From sequence record NC_031934.1: DNA of 64,000 nt. The stretch is one strand, 5' to 3'. This DNA is from Escherichia phage MX01. Position 1 is the first letter of the stretch. Each line of letters opens with the position of its first letter. The notes beneath the pieces were generated by a model that did no database searches, was not told the origin of the DNA, and was given only the letters and a program-made list of their open reading frames with translations. The position numbers and the translations under genes were made by a program. Positions 16,707 through 27,949 of this stretch are shown piece after piece.

Positions 16707-19700
16707 ATGTCTGTACAAGCGCCTTATGTTACTAGTCTGAGAATTGATAAACTCTCGGCTAACCATGTGAGCATTCTTTGGGATGACGTAGGCGCCAACT
16801 TCTATTATTTCGTAGAACTGGCCCAAACGAAGGATGCGGGTGTAGAAATTCCCGACGATAGATTATTTTGGAGAAATTTAGGTTACACCCCTAATAACGA
16901 ATGGTTTGAAGAGGCATTCATTTCTCCTAATTCATTTTATAAAATGCGAGTTGCGGTGGCCGCCCAGGGGTTTGAGCAGTCTGAATGGGTTTACACTGAA
17001 GAATTTGAAACTTTCTCTACCAACGCATATACATTTGAGCATATGCGTGAATTCACTTTGTCTAATAAATTTATTGAAGAAAAATTCACAAAAAATAATC
17101 AGAATTATGTGAACTTTAATACCGATGCCATTATGGCTTCCTTAATGACGGAAGATTTTAACTTTACGCCAGCGTATTCGCATTTGTCATCTATATCAAA
17201 TTATGTTTTAAAAGCAGACCGATTCCATGAAATCCAAGGAAGCATCCAAGCGGTTTGTAAAGACCCTAAACGTTCTATTTTAATGGAACTTGGTGGTGTA
17301 CTTTACCTTTTAGAAAGGTTCCAAAGTACTGCTAAGGTTTCTAATGATAAAGGGCAGAACTGGCATTATATCCGTTTGTTTAATGACCGAGTAGGTAACC
17401 CTGTTTCACGTACGGCACATTACCAAACCAACTCGACCACTTATGTTCTAGGTTATGACCAAATATTTTACGGGCGTAAATCAAGTGACATTCGTTGGTC
17501 TGCTGATGATGTTAGATTTAGTTCCCAGGATGTAACATTTGCTAAAATAGGTAGCGATATCGACCTTCCATTTGAAATTGAGATATTTGGTTCATACGCA
17601 AAGCTTCCTTTGCCTATTTCCACTATTGCCGAGGCCGTGTGCGCATCTGATGAATTCATTTATGTTGCCGGTAGAGACAGAGTTTATAAAGCAAAAACAT
17701 CCGAGGCCCCTATAGACACCGACCCTAGTTCTCCGACTTATGGAGAGAAGATATTTGAAAGCGGATATTCGACTATCACAGGGAACCCTAAAGCTGTTTG
17801 TTATAAATTAGATTCTATCCAAGGCCATACATTTGCTTTAATTACAGGTGAAGTTAAAGAAGAAAAAATGGACCCTACGGTTGAATCTAATGTGGTCGAT
17901 TCTGAATCCAAAGGTGTTTATTGGTTAGACACTTCAACCGATACATGGACCCGTGTGTTCGGAAACACTGAAGAAGAACGTCGTCGTATAGAGCATGGAT
18001 ATACCAGCATGTCTACCGACGGAGAGGAATTATTTTTCAGTTCAAGCAACTTTAGATATGAAGTAGAGGTTGATTCTGAACTTCCTTTGGAATATCCTGA
18101 AATTGTTACCTCAGCCGTTAAATATGTTAAAGACGAACAATGGATTCATGATAAGCATTATTTGATGATGAGTTTTAGGTCCAACTCTAAATCAGATTTT
18201 AAAGAATTTAAACCGGGGCGTATGGCTTATTATGCCGAACCGTTCTTTAGTTGGTCTCGACGTGATGGAACCCGTTCATGGATTACTACTAGCGACCACG
18301 CGATGGTTGTTTATAACGATGCTTTATACCAGAAAATTATCGACCTGAACAGTGGTTCTTCACCTGAACGTATTGTTCATGAGATTTGGAATAAAGGTTT
18401 TTGTAAAGTCACGTCTCCTAATATAGAATTTAACGGCTTTAAGAAATATTCTTCCGGAATGATGATTCACAAATCTACAGGTGAATTGGTTGGATATTTT
18501 GAATTTGACTATCGCGTGCGTGATGAAGTCCGTGTTATTTGGAAGCCTAAAGAAGTTATGTTTACGGCAGAATTACAAAACCAAGAACATGAAATACCGT
18601 GGAAGCCCAAAGAAGAAGTTGGTGAGCAAGACCCGGACCTCCAACCTTTACTGGTTAAAATGGTTCCAGATAGTTATTTGCTTCAAGATTCTAACTTTGA
18701 AAAATTCTGTGAATACTATCTCCAATTTATTAGTGATGGCTCAGGTACACACTATAATAATTTGTTGAATCTTATTCGTAACCAATACCCACGTGAAGAA
18801 GATTCATGGGAATATTTGTGGTCGGAAATCTATAAGCGTAATATCTATTTGTCGAAGGAAAAACGCGATGAAGTTGTTCGTTTTTTCCAGGCGCGCCAAA
18901 GCGATTTTTGGTCTACTAAAGGTACCGAAGCTTCTTATAAGTTCCTGTTTAAATTGCTTTACAACGAAGATGTCGAAATTGATATCGAGTCCAAGAACTC
19001 TATCGAATATGATATCATCGTAGAATCCGACAATATTAGTGAAGATATCGTAGGCCAAACGATTTATACTCCTACGGGTCGTAGTAATGTTACTTATATT
19101 GAACGTAACTATAAACAAGGTAAACTGCAATGGCGTTTAACCATTCATAACCTTTTAGGTCGTTTTATAGTCGGTCAGGAAATTAAATCTGAACGTACTT
19201 CGTTCAAGGGTATGATTGTACGTGGTGTACGTGGTAAAGAACTTTTAAGTAACAATATCGACTATATCAACCGTAACCGCTCTTATTACGTGATGACTAT
19301 TAAATCTAATCTCCCTACCTCTCGTTATCGCAACGATGTTTTGAGATTTGTCCATCCAGTAGGTTTCGGCTTTGTAGGTATAACTTTGCTTTCTATGTTT
19401 GTTAACGTAGGTTTAACGCTAAAACATACAGAAACTATTATTAATATCCTTAAGAACTACAAATGGGACTCAGGTTTGCCATCTGAATGGTATGATAGAG
19501 TTGCTGTAATAGGTTTTGATGGTAATATAGAACGAGACCCTCGTACAGGTGCTCCAACGTACAACGTAGGACCTAAAGCAGGAGAACCGTTTGATATTCC
19601 TGCTGATTATGATGCAGAAAATGATTTCTCTGTATTCCAAGGTCAATTACCACACGAACGTATTAAAAAGCATAGTCCATTGTTTGACCAAAGTGCTGTG

Positions 19701-19802
19701 ACCTTTGCCAATTGGCGTGCACTGGTTGATAAGCGTCTTAAAGACGATATTGGAAATCCTAGAGACCCTAAAGTTCCAACTCAGGTAAAAATTAATGATT
19801 AA
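16707..19802 (+). CDS. 7: gp7 baseplate wedge initiator
   Basis: 1031 aa; position and size as T4 gp7. Confidence 0.9.
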   Translation: MSVQAPYVTSLRIDKLSANHVSILWDDVGANFYYFVELAQTKDAGVEIPDDRLFWRNLGYTPNNEWFEEAFISPNSFYKMRVAVAAQGFEQSEWVYTEEFETFSTNAYTFEHMREFTLSNKFIEEKFTKNNQNYVNFNTDAIMASLMTEDFNFTPAYSHLSSISNYVLKADRFHEIQGSIQAVCKDPKRSILMELGGVLYLLERFQSTAKVSNDKGQNWHYIRLFNDRVGNPVSRTAHYQTNSTTYVLGYDQIFYGRKSSDIRWSADDVRFSSQDVTFAKIGSDIDLPFEIEIFGSYAKLPLPISTIAEAVCASDEFIYVAGRDRVYKAKTSEAPIDTDPSSPTYGEKIFESGYSTITGNPKAVCYKLDSIQGHTFALITGEVKEEKMDPTVESNVVDSESKGVYWLDTSTDTWTRVFGNTEEERRRIEHGYTSMSTDGEELFFSSSNFRYEVEVDSELPLEYPEIVTSAVKYVKDEQWIHDKHYLMMSFRSNSKSDFKEFKPGRMAYYAEPFFSWSRRDGTRSWITTSDHAMVVYNDALYQKIIDLNSGSSPERIVHEIWNKGFCKVTSPNIEFNGFKKYSSGMMIHKSTGELVGYFEFDYRVRDEVRVIWKPKEVMFTAELQNQEHEIPWKPKEEVGEQDPDLQPLLVKMVPDSYLLQDSNFEKFCEYYLQFISDGSGTHYNNLLNLIRNQYPREEDSWEYLWSEIYKRNIYLSKEKRDEVVRFFQARQSDFWSTKGTEASYKFLFKLLYNEDVEIDIESKNSIEYDIIVESDNISEDIVGQTIYTPTGRSNVTYIERNYKQGKLQWRLTIHNLLGRFIVGQEIKSERTSFKGMIVRGVRGKELLSNNIDYINRNRSYYVMTIKSNLPTSRYRNDVLRFVHPVGFGFVGITLLSMFVNVGLTLKHTETIINILKNYKWDSGLPSEWYDRVAVIGFDGNIERDPRTGAPTYNVGPKAGEPFDIPADYDAENDFSVFQGQLPHERIKKHSPLFDQSAVTFANWRALVDKRLKDDIGNPRDPKVPTQVKIND

Positions 19803-20799
19803 TTCTACAGTAGTTTATCGTTCTATTGTTACTTCAAAATTTAGAACGGAAAAAATGTACAACTTTTACAGAACAATAGGTGATGGTGAAGACCAGAACA
19901 CTATGTATGTATCTTTCGGAAGGGCCCGACCATGGGCCGATAACGAAAATGACCCGGGTTTTGCACCACCATATCCTGTAGATGATTCTGAAGGCGTAGA
20001 AGACGTCTGGACCAACATGATGGGTTGTGTTAAGGTTTATAAGAGTATGCTGGATTGTGTTGTCCCTCGCAAAGACTGGGGCGATACCTCTTATCCTAAT
20101 CCGTTTACTTTCCAGATTGGTGAAATTGTAGTAGCGAACAGCCAGCCGCAAAACCGTACTGATGTCGGTGCAGGCTGGATGGTTTATCGTTGTGTAGATA
20201 TTCCTGAATCAGGTACATGTTCTATTTTATCCCTTGATAATAAAACCGAGTGTATTAAACTTGGTGGTAAATGGACTTCAAACGTGCAATCGGTTAAAGC
20301 CCCTGCAGGACAAGGTGATACCGAAGGCATGGTTGATACAGGTGATGGATATCTCTGGGAATATTTGTATGAGATTCCACCTGATGTAAGTATCAACCGT
20401 TGCACTAATGAATATATTGTGGTTCCGTGGCCAGAAGAAATTGCCGAAGACCCGGAACGTTGGGGATACGAGAATAACCTTACTTGGCAGCAAGACGATT
20501 ATGGATTGATTTATCGTATTAAAGGCAATACCATTCGTTTTAAAGCATTCTTAGATTCAGTTTACTTCCCTGAATTTAGTCTTCCCGGTAACAAAGGATT
20601 TAGACAGCTTTCGATAATCTCTAATCCATTAGAAGCTAAAGCTCACCCATCCGATCCGATCATTAAAGCCGAAAAAGAGTACTATGATGTTATAGACCTC
20701 TCCCGCCATTCAGGTGAAATGATTTATATGGAAAACCGTCCTCCGGTTATTCGTTCTATGGACCAAACAGAAGAAATTAACATTATCTTCGAATTCTAA
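19795..20799 (+). CDS. 8: gp8 baseplate wedge subunit
   Basis: 334 aa, same length as T4 gp8. Confidence 0.85.
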   Translation: MINSTVVYRSIVTSKFRTEKMYNFYRTIGDGEDQNTMYVSFGRARPWADNENDPGFAPPYPVDDSEGVEDVWTNMMGCVKVYKSMLDCVVPRKDWGDTSYPNPFTFQIGEIVVANSQPQNRTDVGAGWMVYRCVDIPESGTCSILSLDNKTECIKLGGKWTSNVQSVKAPAGQGDTEGMVDTGDGYLWEYLYEIPPDVSINRCTNEYIVVPWPEEIAEDPERWGYENNLTWQQDDYGLIYRIKGNTIRFKAFLDSVYFPEFSLPGNKGFRQLSIISNPLEAKAHPSDPIIKAEKEYYDVIDLSRHSGEMIYMENRPPVIRSMDQTEEINIIFEF

Positions 20800-20802
20800 T
20801 AA

Positions 20803-20826
20803 GGGCCGCAAGGCCCTTTCGGGTTT
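20803..20826 (+). terminator. intrinsic terminator after gene 8
   Basis: GGGCC-GCAA-GGCCC followed by TTTCGGGTTT. Confidence 0.6.
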
Positions 20827-20860
20827 AATAAATACAGTATATCAATAATGAGGCATACCT

Positions 20861-21721
20861 ATGATTAAGCAAACTGGTAAAGAACTAATTGACGTCGGTG
20901 AAATTGGTAATGCCAGCACCGGCGACATTCTTTATGATGGCGGTGTTAAACTGAACACTGACTTAAACAACATCTATAACACTTTCGGCGACCAACGCAA
21001 AACTGCTTTAACTGGCGAATTAACCGGTCAGAAATTACATGCTACAGGCTACTATCAAAAATTTGGTGATACTGACCAAGCAAGTTCAGTTGATTTAGGC
21101 TCCTTGGTAGATATCGATGCTTCTACCGGTTCTATCGTATTAACCACTGTAAAAGGTGCAGTTGGTGAAGGAATCGAGATTATCAACTCTAACGGAAGTA
21201 TTTCAGCTACTAACTATCTTGAAATCCGTATATTGGATACTTTTGCAAGCCATTCAACTTCGACTTTGCGCATCGTAACACCTTATACACGAGTTCTTTT
21301 ATGGTGTGTATCGGATACAAACGGCGTTGCGGTATGGGATTATTCAATTGAAAGTATGTTTGGTGATAAACGAGTTCCATTAAATAAGACATATAATATA
21401 TCTTCTGTCGCTCGTGATATCCCAGTGGTTTATTCCGGCCAGTACTCATTGCTCAAACTTTTAGTTACGGCAGTGAATGCCAACGAAACCATTTACAAAG
21501 CTTCAGAATATCTTGTGTTTATCGACAACCAAGCTAAAAAGATTTATTCCACTGAATACGGTGTTATTAAACGTGGACAAACTTCAGATGATGACGAAAT
21601 TTATTCTCTAGATTTTAAATTCGATACATCAAACTATATTATCGCGACCGCTTCTTCTGTCAACCCTATGAAGCTTGCAATTAAGGTCGTAGAAACCCAA
21701 ACTATTGGAGTTCCAGTATAA
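20861..21721 (+). CDS. 9: gp9 baseplate wedge / long tail fiber socket
   Basis: KELIDVGEIGNASTGDILYDGG matches recalled T4 gp9 N-terminus. Confidence 0.9.
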   Translation: MIKQTGKELIDVGEIGNASTGDILYDGGVKLNTDLNNIYNTFGDQRKTALTGELTGQKLHATGYYQKFGDTDQASSVDLGSLVDIDASTGSIVLTTVKGAVGEGIEIINSNGSISATNYLEIRILDTFASHSTSTLRIVTPYTRVLLWCVSDTNGVAVWDYSIESMFGDKRVPLNKTYNISSVARDIPVVYSGQYSLLKLLVTAVNANETIYKASEYLVFIDNQAKKIYSTEYGVIKRGQTSDDDEIYSLDFKFDTSNYIIATASSVNPMKLAIKVVETQTIGVPV

Positions 21722-23532
21722 TGAAACAAGACTTAAAAGTAGGTTCCGCTGTTGATGACGGGTCCGGTGATTACCTGCGTGCAGGTGGTCTTAAAATTAA
21801 TAACAACTTCAATGAGCTTTATTACCAATTAGGTGATGGCAACAACCCGCATGCAGCAGGCGCTTGGAAACAGCATTCTACTGCAGATGGTGCTTTGTTG
21901 AACGCTGTAATGGGTCATAGCTATACCCTGAATACTCAAGGTGGGCGTATTAACGTTCAGCTTCCTAAAGGCTCTCCTGAAGAATATAACTTTGTTATCC
22001 GTGTACGTGACGTGTATTCCTCATGGCAAGCTAACCCTGTAACCCTAATCCCTGCCACAGGTGATACCATTAAGGGTTCAGCTACTCAAGTAGAAATTGC
22101 TCGCAACTTCTCTGACCTTGAATTAGTTTATTGTGCCCCGGGACGTTGGGAATATGTTGAAAATAAGCAAGTAAACCGTATTCCAAATAACGACCTTGCC
22201 ACTGTAGCAACCAAGCAGTTTATTGCCACCGAAGGCCAAACGGATTTTCTAGATGTTTTCCCGGGCCTTTCTTATAACGTAGCAAGTTTAAGCGTTTCAC
22301 AACGTGGTAACAATTTGTTCTACGGTATTGATGATATTTTTGATGCGGCTACCGCAGAATTCGGTTCTCCAGGTGCTCAACCAGGTGAATTGGTTGCCTT
22401 GAATGGTAAAGACATCCGTTTAAAATATCCTTGTGAAGCAGGTGATACTGTTATTATCAAATCGTATAATGATGGGCTTGCTCAATGGCGCAGTTCTTAT
22501 AACCGTCGTGATATAACAATCCAAAGTTCAGAATTGACTAAAAACGTTTCTGTTCCTGGTTCTTCTTTCGTCGGAGATTTGAATACTTCGCATGTTATAT
22601 CGGCCGCAGATTTGAATATTTCTGTTAACAGCCCTATCAACCCAAATGCTTGTCAAGTCATGCTTAATAGCACATTACTTCATCAAGCAGGTACAGCAGG
22701 ACTTCCTTCGTTTTATTGTGAAGGTGCTGATGGTCGTACTGCTACCGAGTGTTTTAATGCTGGTGGCCAATGGACCCAATCTAAATCAGACTATATTTTT
22801 AATTTGACTCCTGAAGACAAGATTGAATCCATCGAATTTGGACGTAACTTTGAACATGGCGATATTCTTACAGTAATTTGGTACAATAATGATATCGGTA
22901 CTACCATGGAAATTGATGAGATTTTGGATTATACCAACAACATCTATATTTCTAAAGGTCCATCTATTGATATAACAGGCCAGGTTCGTATTACTGATGT
23001 AGATAATCCTTTTGCACCTAACGTTGAGCCGGTTGCCTCGTCTAATATTACAATAGACACAGCAGCAACATTTTTTGATTTAATTTACCCTATAGGAACT
23101 ATCTATGAGAACACGGTGAACCCTAATAACCCTAAAACTTATATGGGCTTTGGTTCATGGAAGCGTTTATCTGATGTGTTCTTGGTAGGTTGGTCTCCTG
23201 ACGCGGCTTCTTTGTTTAATGCAAATAATAACGATCTGGATTCTGCTGGTATTCCACAGTCAACTGCAGGTGGTACTGGTGGTGCTCATGTGGCTAATTT
23301 GAAATATGAGAATATCCCTGAACTTAATACTGATGATAAAGTCCTTATTGCTGATAACGATGGCCCTATTTTTGTAGGTGGATGTTTAGTTGACCCTGAT
23401 TCACAAGGACCGGCTTATACAAAATATCGTGAAGATAAAGCCAGTATTAATAAGGCTCAAGGAACCACTCCTATCCCGGTTAATACTCTACCACCATACT
23501 TAACTGTTCATCGCTGGATGAGGATTGCATAA
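21721..23532 (+). CDS. 10: gp10 baseplate wedge subunit and tail pin
   Basis: 603 aa; ATGA overlap with gene 9. Confidence 0.9.
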   Translation: MKQDLKVGSAVDDGSGDYLRAGGLKINNNFNELYYQLGDGNNPHAAGAWKQHSTADGALLNAVMGHSYTLNTQGGRINVQLPKGSPEEYNFVIRVRDVYSSWQANPVTLIPATGDTIKGSATQVEIARNFSDLELVYCAPGRWEYVENKQVNRIPNNDLATVATKQFIATEGQTDFLDVFPGLSYNVASLSVSQRGNNLFYGIDDIFDAATAEFGSPGAQPGELVALNGKDIRLKYPCEAGDTVIIKSYNDGLAQWRSSYNRRDITIQSSELTKNVSVPGSSFVGDLNTSHVISAADLNISVNSPINPNACQVMLNSTLLHQAGTAGLPSFYCEGADGRTATECFNAGGQWTQSKSDYIFNLTPEDKIESIEFGRNFEHGDILTVIWYNNDIGTTMEIDEILDYTNNIYISKGPSIDITGQVRITDVDNPFAPNVEPVASSNITIDTAATFFDLIYPIGTIYENTVNPNNPKTYMGFGSWKRLSDVFLVGWSPDAASLFNANNNDLDSAGIPQSTAGGTGGAHVANLKYENIPELNTDDKVLIADNDGPIFVGGCLVDPDSQGPAYTKYREDKASINKAQGTTPIPVNTLPPYLTVHRWMRIA

Positions 23533-24197
23533 TGACTTTAACTGAAATGAAAAGCGGGTTAAAATCCCGCTTAGCTGATTATTTGGAATTATCTTATACC
23601 AGTGACAAGCCTACTGCTGTCGCTGACCAACGACCTATCGGTGGCCCTTCTGCAAACCAAACCCAGAAGGGTGTTTATTTTCCTACGGTCCAAAGTGCAA
23701 TAGATGATATTGCATTTAGAGCAGAGCTTCCTGTGAACTCTGTTATTGTTACTACGGAAAATAGAGCCCCCGGATTTATTCAGCAATCTGATAAAATTAC
23801 ATTTACTGGTTCTATTTCTTCGGGTGGTGAACTTGGCGACCCGGTTATTATTAAAGTGTTTGGACTTCCTGTAGAGGTCTTAGTTGGTGATTCATCCGTA
23901 TTGGTTGCATCTAAAGTAAATGATGTGTTTTTAGACGCTATTGCTAATAGCTATATTTTGGCCGAAACTGCTATTGATGCCTTAGACCAATCTACCTTGA
24001 ATATTAAATACAATGACTATCAGAATCATATTTTTTCACCATATAAACAATCGGGTTGTACAATTTCCCATACCATAGTCCAACAGCCGAGGGCTGGATA
24101 CGGTAAGTGGGAATACTTAGGTAACTCTACCCAATCGTTAGCAGGTGGTACAGTTAACGGCACGATTCCTTTATATTACTATAAGAGATTATATTAA
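23532..24197 (+). CDS. 11: gp11 baseplate wedge subunit and tail pin
   Basis: 221 aa; overlapping start with gene 10. Confidence 0.85.
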   Translation: MTLTEMKSGLKSRLADYLELSYTSDKPTAVADQRPIGGPSANQTQKGVYFPTVQSAIDDIAFRAELPVNSVIVTTENRAPGFIQQSDKITFTGSISSGGELGDPVIIKVFGLPVEVLVGDSSVLVASKVNDVFLDAIANSYILAETAIDALDQSTLNIKYNDYQNHIFSPYKQSGCTISHTIVQQPRAGYGKWEYLGNSTQSLAGGTVNGTIPLYYYKRLY

Positions 24198-25723
24198 TGT
24201 CAACAAACACACTAAAACACATTAGTGATAAATCGGAATTCAAATCATTCGACCCTACTGGGTCGAATTTCCCGCCTGATATTACTAATGTTCAAGAAGC
24301 ATTGGCCACTATTTCATTAATCGGCGTCACAGGTAATGTTCCTTCAGCCACAGAAACATCCCAAGGTATTATTCGTCTGGCCACAACACAAGAAGTAATG
24401 GATGGATTGGATGCTTATAGTGCAGTGACCCCAGCAACTTTAAAAGCCCGTTTAGATATTCCTACTCAGGCAACAGAAACTTATGTAGGTATCACCCGTT
24501 ACGCTACTAACGCTGAAGCCATTGCAGGCACAGAGCCCCAGGCTGCAATCGTAGCAACCTCTTTGAAAGCGGTAATGGATTATACATTTGAGAACCGTTT
24601 ATCAACAGAGAACGCCACAGGCGTTATCAAGATTTCAACTACACCTGCTGCATTAGCTGGTACCGATGATACCACAGCGATGACCCCACTTAAAGTATCG
24701 CAAGCAATTGGTGCAGCGACAGCGGCATTACCGGTTTATTCTACGGCAACGACTACAAATGAAGGTCTAGTTCGTTTAGCGACTAATGCCGAAGTTGGTA
24801 ATGGAAATCTTTCTGTAGGTATCGCTATTTCTCCAGCAGGATTGGCCACATTAACTTCCACCGAAGAACGAAGCGGTATTATTAAACTCGCCGGTTGGGA
24901 TATGGTATCTAATGGCACCGACCACACCGCCGCTGTTACACCTGCTTCTTTGTTAGCTCGTACAGGTAATACCGGACGTATTGGGTTGGTTCGATTATCT
25001 ACTACAGTAGGTCAAGGTGATGGTAATACGGCACTGGCTTATAATGCCAACGTTATTTCTACTTCAGGTGGTGAAATATGGGGTACTTTAAACGTTAATG
25101 GCGCATTACGTCGTAATGGTGTTGATGTTGTTACCCACGACCAATTATCAGATAGTGTTCCGGTCGGTACTATTTGTATGTGGGGCGGCAATGAAGGTAA
25201 TATCCCTGGCAAATGGCGTGCTTGTGTAGGTGGGACTTACACTGGTGGTGCATATTTAAATGCTGTTGGTGGACGTTGGGGATGGTGGGGTGCTATTCCA
25301 GATTTCCGTGGATTATATCCTCGTGGCGCTAATATGGTTGGTGGATATTCTGAAGGTGAAGTTAACCCACATATTGCTGGTAACCGAGGACAAGACGGTA
25401 AAGGTAAGGCCCGTTTAGGCAACGGTGTTGGTTCGTTCCCACAATCTTCTGTTCAAGCCCAAGCGTTACGTTACCATAAACACGCCGGCGGTTTTGGTGA
25501 ACATGATAACTATGGCGCTTTTGGCAACACAGCTAACTCCGGATATGTTGGCACTCGTAAAGGCCTTGACTGGGATAACCGTAGTTATTATACCAACGAA
25601 GGTTTTGAGACCACCGATCCTTGGAACCGTGATGGACATACCACATTGAATAGTGAAGGTCTTATTGCCAACGAAACACGTCCATGGACAATGTCCGTTC
25701 TTTTTATTATTAAAGTAGAATAA
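24197..25723 (+). CDS. 12: gp12 short tail fiber
   Basis: 508 aa with repetitive Gly/Thr/Ala-rich fibre sequence; position after gene 11. Confidence 0.85.
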   Translation: MSTNTLKHISDKSEFKSFDPTGSNFPPDITNVQEALATISLIGVTGNVPSATETSQGIIRLATTQEVMDGLDAYSAVTPATLKARLDIPTQATETYVGITRYATNAEAIAGTEPQAAIVATSLKAVMDYTFENRLSTENATGVIKISTTPAALAGTDDTTAMTPLKVSQAIGAATAALPVYSTATTTNEGLVRLATNAEVGNGNLSVGIAISPAGLATLTSTEERSGIIKLAGWDMVSNGTDHTAAVTPASLLARTGNTGRIGLVRLSTTVGQGDGNTALAYNANVISTSGGEIWGTLNVNGALRRNGVDVVTHDQLSDSVPVGTICMWGGNEGNIPGKWRACVGGTYTGGAYLNAVGGRWGWWGAIPDFRGLYPRGANMVGGYSEGEVNPHIAGNRGQDGKGKARLGNGVGSFPQSSVQAQALRYHKHAGGFGEHDNYGAFGNTANSGYVGTRKGLDWDNRSYYTNEGFETTDPWNRDGHTTLNSEGLIANETRPWTMSVLFIIKVE

Positions 25724-25732
25724 GGGTAAAAA

Positions 25733-27895
25733 ATGATTAACAAATTGGAACTTAGTGAGTTACCATTTGTTGACGGCGTACCTGATGCTCCTCAAAAGCG
25801 TATCCAATGGATACGCGAGGGTGATTGTATGTCTGCAGCAAAAACAAAATACGGCAATGAAGGTAATTTGAACGCTGCTGCTTTAGGAGTTCAGAAAAAC
25901 GTTGAAGCTCTTGATGCGAATGATTTGAAAACCGCAGATAAAGTTAACGAACTGGTAGAAAACGTTAATAATATCAATGATGCCTTAGAAATGGCTACGG
26001 ATATTTCCGTCATCCAACAAATTGAGAAAAACCGTGTTGATATCGTAGAGCTTAAGAGAGTAGAAGGCGAAACCACTACTGGGCTAAACAATTTAACCAT
26101 AAATTTAGACCACCTAAAAGAAGACGTTGGTTACCATGACCCTTTACAAGACGGCCCATATTTAACTTTACGTGAAAATATTGTTCTTCTTAAAACCGAA
26201 ATAGGTCATTATGAAAACCAGGATATAAATGGCAATCCATTGCCTCCTGGTGAAACCAGCGAAGCCACTGGTATGAAACGTCGCATCATTGATAATACCA
26301 CTCAATTGGTCGACCATCGTCTTCGCATTGATACCCTTGAAAGGAATTATGAAGATTCTGACGTCGGGCAACTAGGTATTAAATTAAATGAAATTCGTGC
26401 TGAATTAGGTCCTCATTCCGATACGGTAGGTAAACAACAGGCTTATACCCGAATTTCTGTATTAGAAACGGCTGCAATTAATTTTAATACATCTATCGAC
26501 GAAATTAAGGCTGATATTGATTTCTCCGGTATGCCTATAAAGGACCGAGTAACTACTTTAGAAAGCAAAACTCTTACCCTAGAAAATTCAGTCAACGTTG
26601 ATTTAAAACCTCGTGTAACATCAATTGAAACCCAAATAGGTTCTGAATCAACTCCTACTTCTATTAATGGACGTTTAAGCGGTCTTCGTACTGATGTAAA
26701 TGACCTTAAAACCATAGTAGGTGTTAGTTCAAGTGATGGCTTACGTTTCCAAGTTACTGATATCAACCGCCGTTTAGGTAGTGAAGTATCTCCGGCAGCC
26801 GGGACCATTAATAAGCGTTTAAATGACGTTATTATCCAAGCAAACCAATCTACTTCATCTATCCAGGATATTCAAGTAGAAATTGGAAATAACCAATCTG
26901 GTATTAAGGGTACTTTACTTAAACTCACCAATAAGGTTGATGGGACAAACCCTAACGGTGCTACTGTAGAAGAACGTGGTCTTATTAATGCGGTTACTTC
27001 TTTAGAAACCCAGATGTTAGGTAAGTTGAATGAGGCCCCTTCCGATGGTAAGCTTTATGCTCGTCGTAATGCTACATGGACCGAAGTTATTAATAACTCT
27101 ACTGAGATAGAATCTGTTAAAGCCGATTTGGTTGTTACCGACGGTAAAGTAACGGCCCTGACTTCTAGAGTTGACACTAACGATACCTCAATTTCTTCTC
27201 TTGATACACGTACCGGAGCTTTAAACACTTCGGTTGGTGAGATTAAAGCAGATATCGTTACTATAAAGGCTAAAGACCTTGAACAGGACGGTCGTTTAAC
27301 AGCACTTGAATCTAGTGATGTTACTGTTAATGGAAAAATATCGGCACTTGAATCTAAAACCGATACCACCGATTCTGATGTTACCGCTTTGGCCTTAGAT
27401 GTGAGTTCTATAGAATCACAATTAATTCCTATTAAAGCTGATATAACTAAGAACAAAGGCGATATAGTTACTTTAACCGGACGAGTAGCTGCTAATGAAG
27501 GTGAAATTGCCGATATTAAATTAGACACCGCTAAAATAGCTCCTTTGGCTACTCGAGTCACTACTGCTGAAGGTAAAATTACCACCTTAGAAACAGGTTT
27601 AGCTGCTGTTAAAGTTGAATCCGATAAAGTTGCAGGAATCAATACCCGTTTAGGTACGGTAGAAGGTAAAGTTGGTACTCTTGAAACAGGTTTAGCAGCG
27701 GTTAAAGTTGAATCTGATAAAGTTGCTGATTTAGGAACCCGTTTAACTGCGGCTGAAGGTAAAATCACTGCACTAGAAACTGAGTTGGCCAAACGCCCTC
27801 CTGTTGCTCCTGTAGCTGATGGGCTTCCGTATGTTCTTGTTGATAATGCATGGGTATTATTGTCCGATTTTGTGACTTTAAACTCAGCGCCATAA
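25733..27895 (+). CDS. wac: fibritin (whisker, wac), expanded coiled coil
   Basis: 720 aa of heptad coiled coil ending in a foldon-like ...GLPYVLVDNAWVLLSDFV; position between 12 and 13. Confidence 0.85.
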   Translation: MINKLELSELPFVDGVPDAPQKRIQWIREGDCMSAAKTKYGNEGNLNAAALGVQKNVEALDANDLKTADKVNELVENVNNINDALEMATDISVIQQIEKNRVDIVELKRVEGETTTGLNNLTINLDHLKEDVGYHDPLQDGPYLTLRENIVLLKTEIGHYENQDINGNPLPPGETSEATGMKRRIIDNTTQLVDHRLRIDTLERNYEDSDVGQLGIKLNEIRAELGPHSDTVGKQQAYTRISVLETAAINFNTSIDEIKADIDFSGMPIKDRVTTLESKTLTLENSVNVDLKPRVTSIETQIGSESTPTSINGRLSGLRTDVNDLKTIVGVSSSDGLRFQVTDINRRLGSEVSPAAGTINKRLNDVIIQANQSTSSIQDIQVEIGNNQSGIKGTLLKLTNKVDGTNPNGATVEERGLINAVTSLETQMLGKLNEAPSDGKLYARRNATWTEVINNSTEIESVKADLVVTDGKVTALTSRVDTNDTSISSLDTRTGALNTSVGEIKADIVTIKAKDLEQDGRLTALESSDVTVNGKISALESKTDTTDSDVTALALDVSSIESQLIPIKADITKNKGDIVTLTGRVAANEGEIADIKLDTAKIAPLATRVTTAEGKITTLETGLAAVKVESDKVAGINTRLGTVEGKVGTLETGLAAVKVESDKVADLGTRLTAAEGKITALETELAKRPPVAPVADGLPYVLVDNAWVLLSDFVTLNSAP
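27590..27726 (+). repeat. near-identical tandem DNA repeat inside wac
   Basis: 44-nt segments at 27590-27633 and 27683-27726 differ at about 4 positions; both encode TLETGLAAVKVESDKVA. Confidence 0.7.
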
Positions 27896-27896
27896 T

Positions 27897-27918
27897 AAAA
27901 GGGCTTCGGCCCTTTTTT
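27897..27918 (+). terminator. intrinsic terminator after wac
   Basis: GGGC-TTCG-GCCC followed by TTTTTT. Confidence 0.7.
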
Positions 27919-27920
27919 GC

Positions 27921-27928
27921 TATAAATA
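27921..27928 (+). promoter_or_regulatory. late promoter TATAAATA for gene 13
   Basis: Exact TATAAATA 22 nt upstream of ATG 27950. Confidence 0.6.
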
Positions 27929-27949
27929 CGGTTATTAGAGGAATAAACC

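Noticed and set aside
20827-20860. Late promoter before gene 9 (TAATAAATA)
   Set aside because: One mismatch from TATAAATA and directly follows a terminator; possible but not called.
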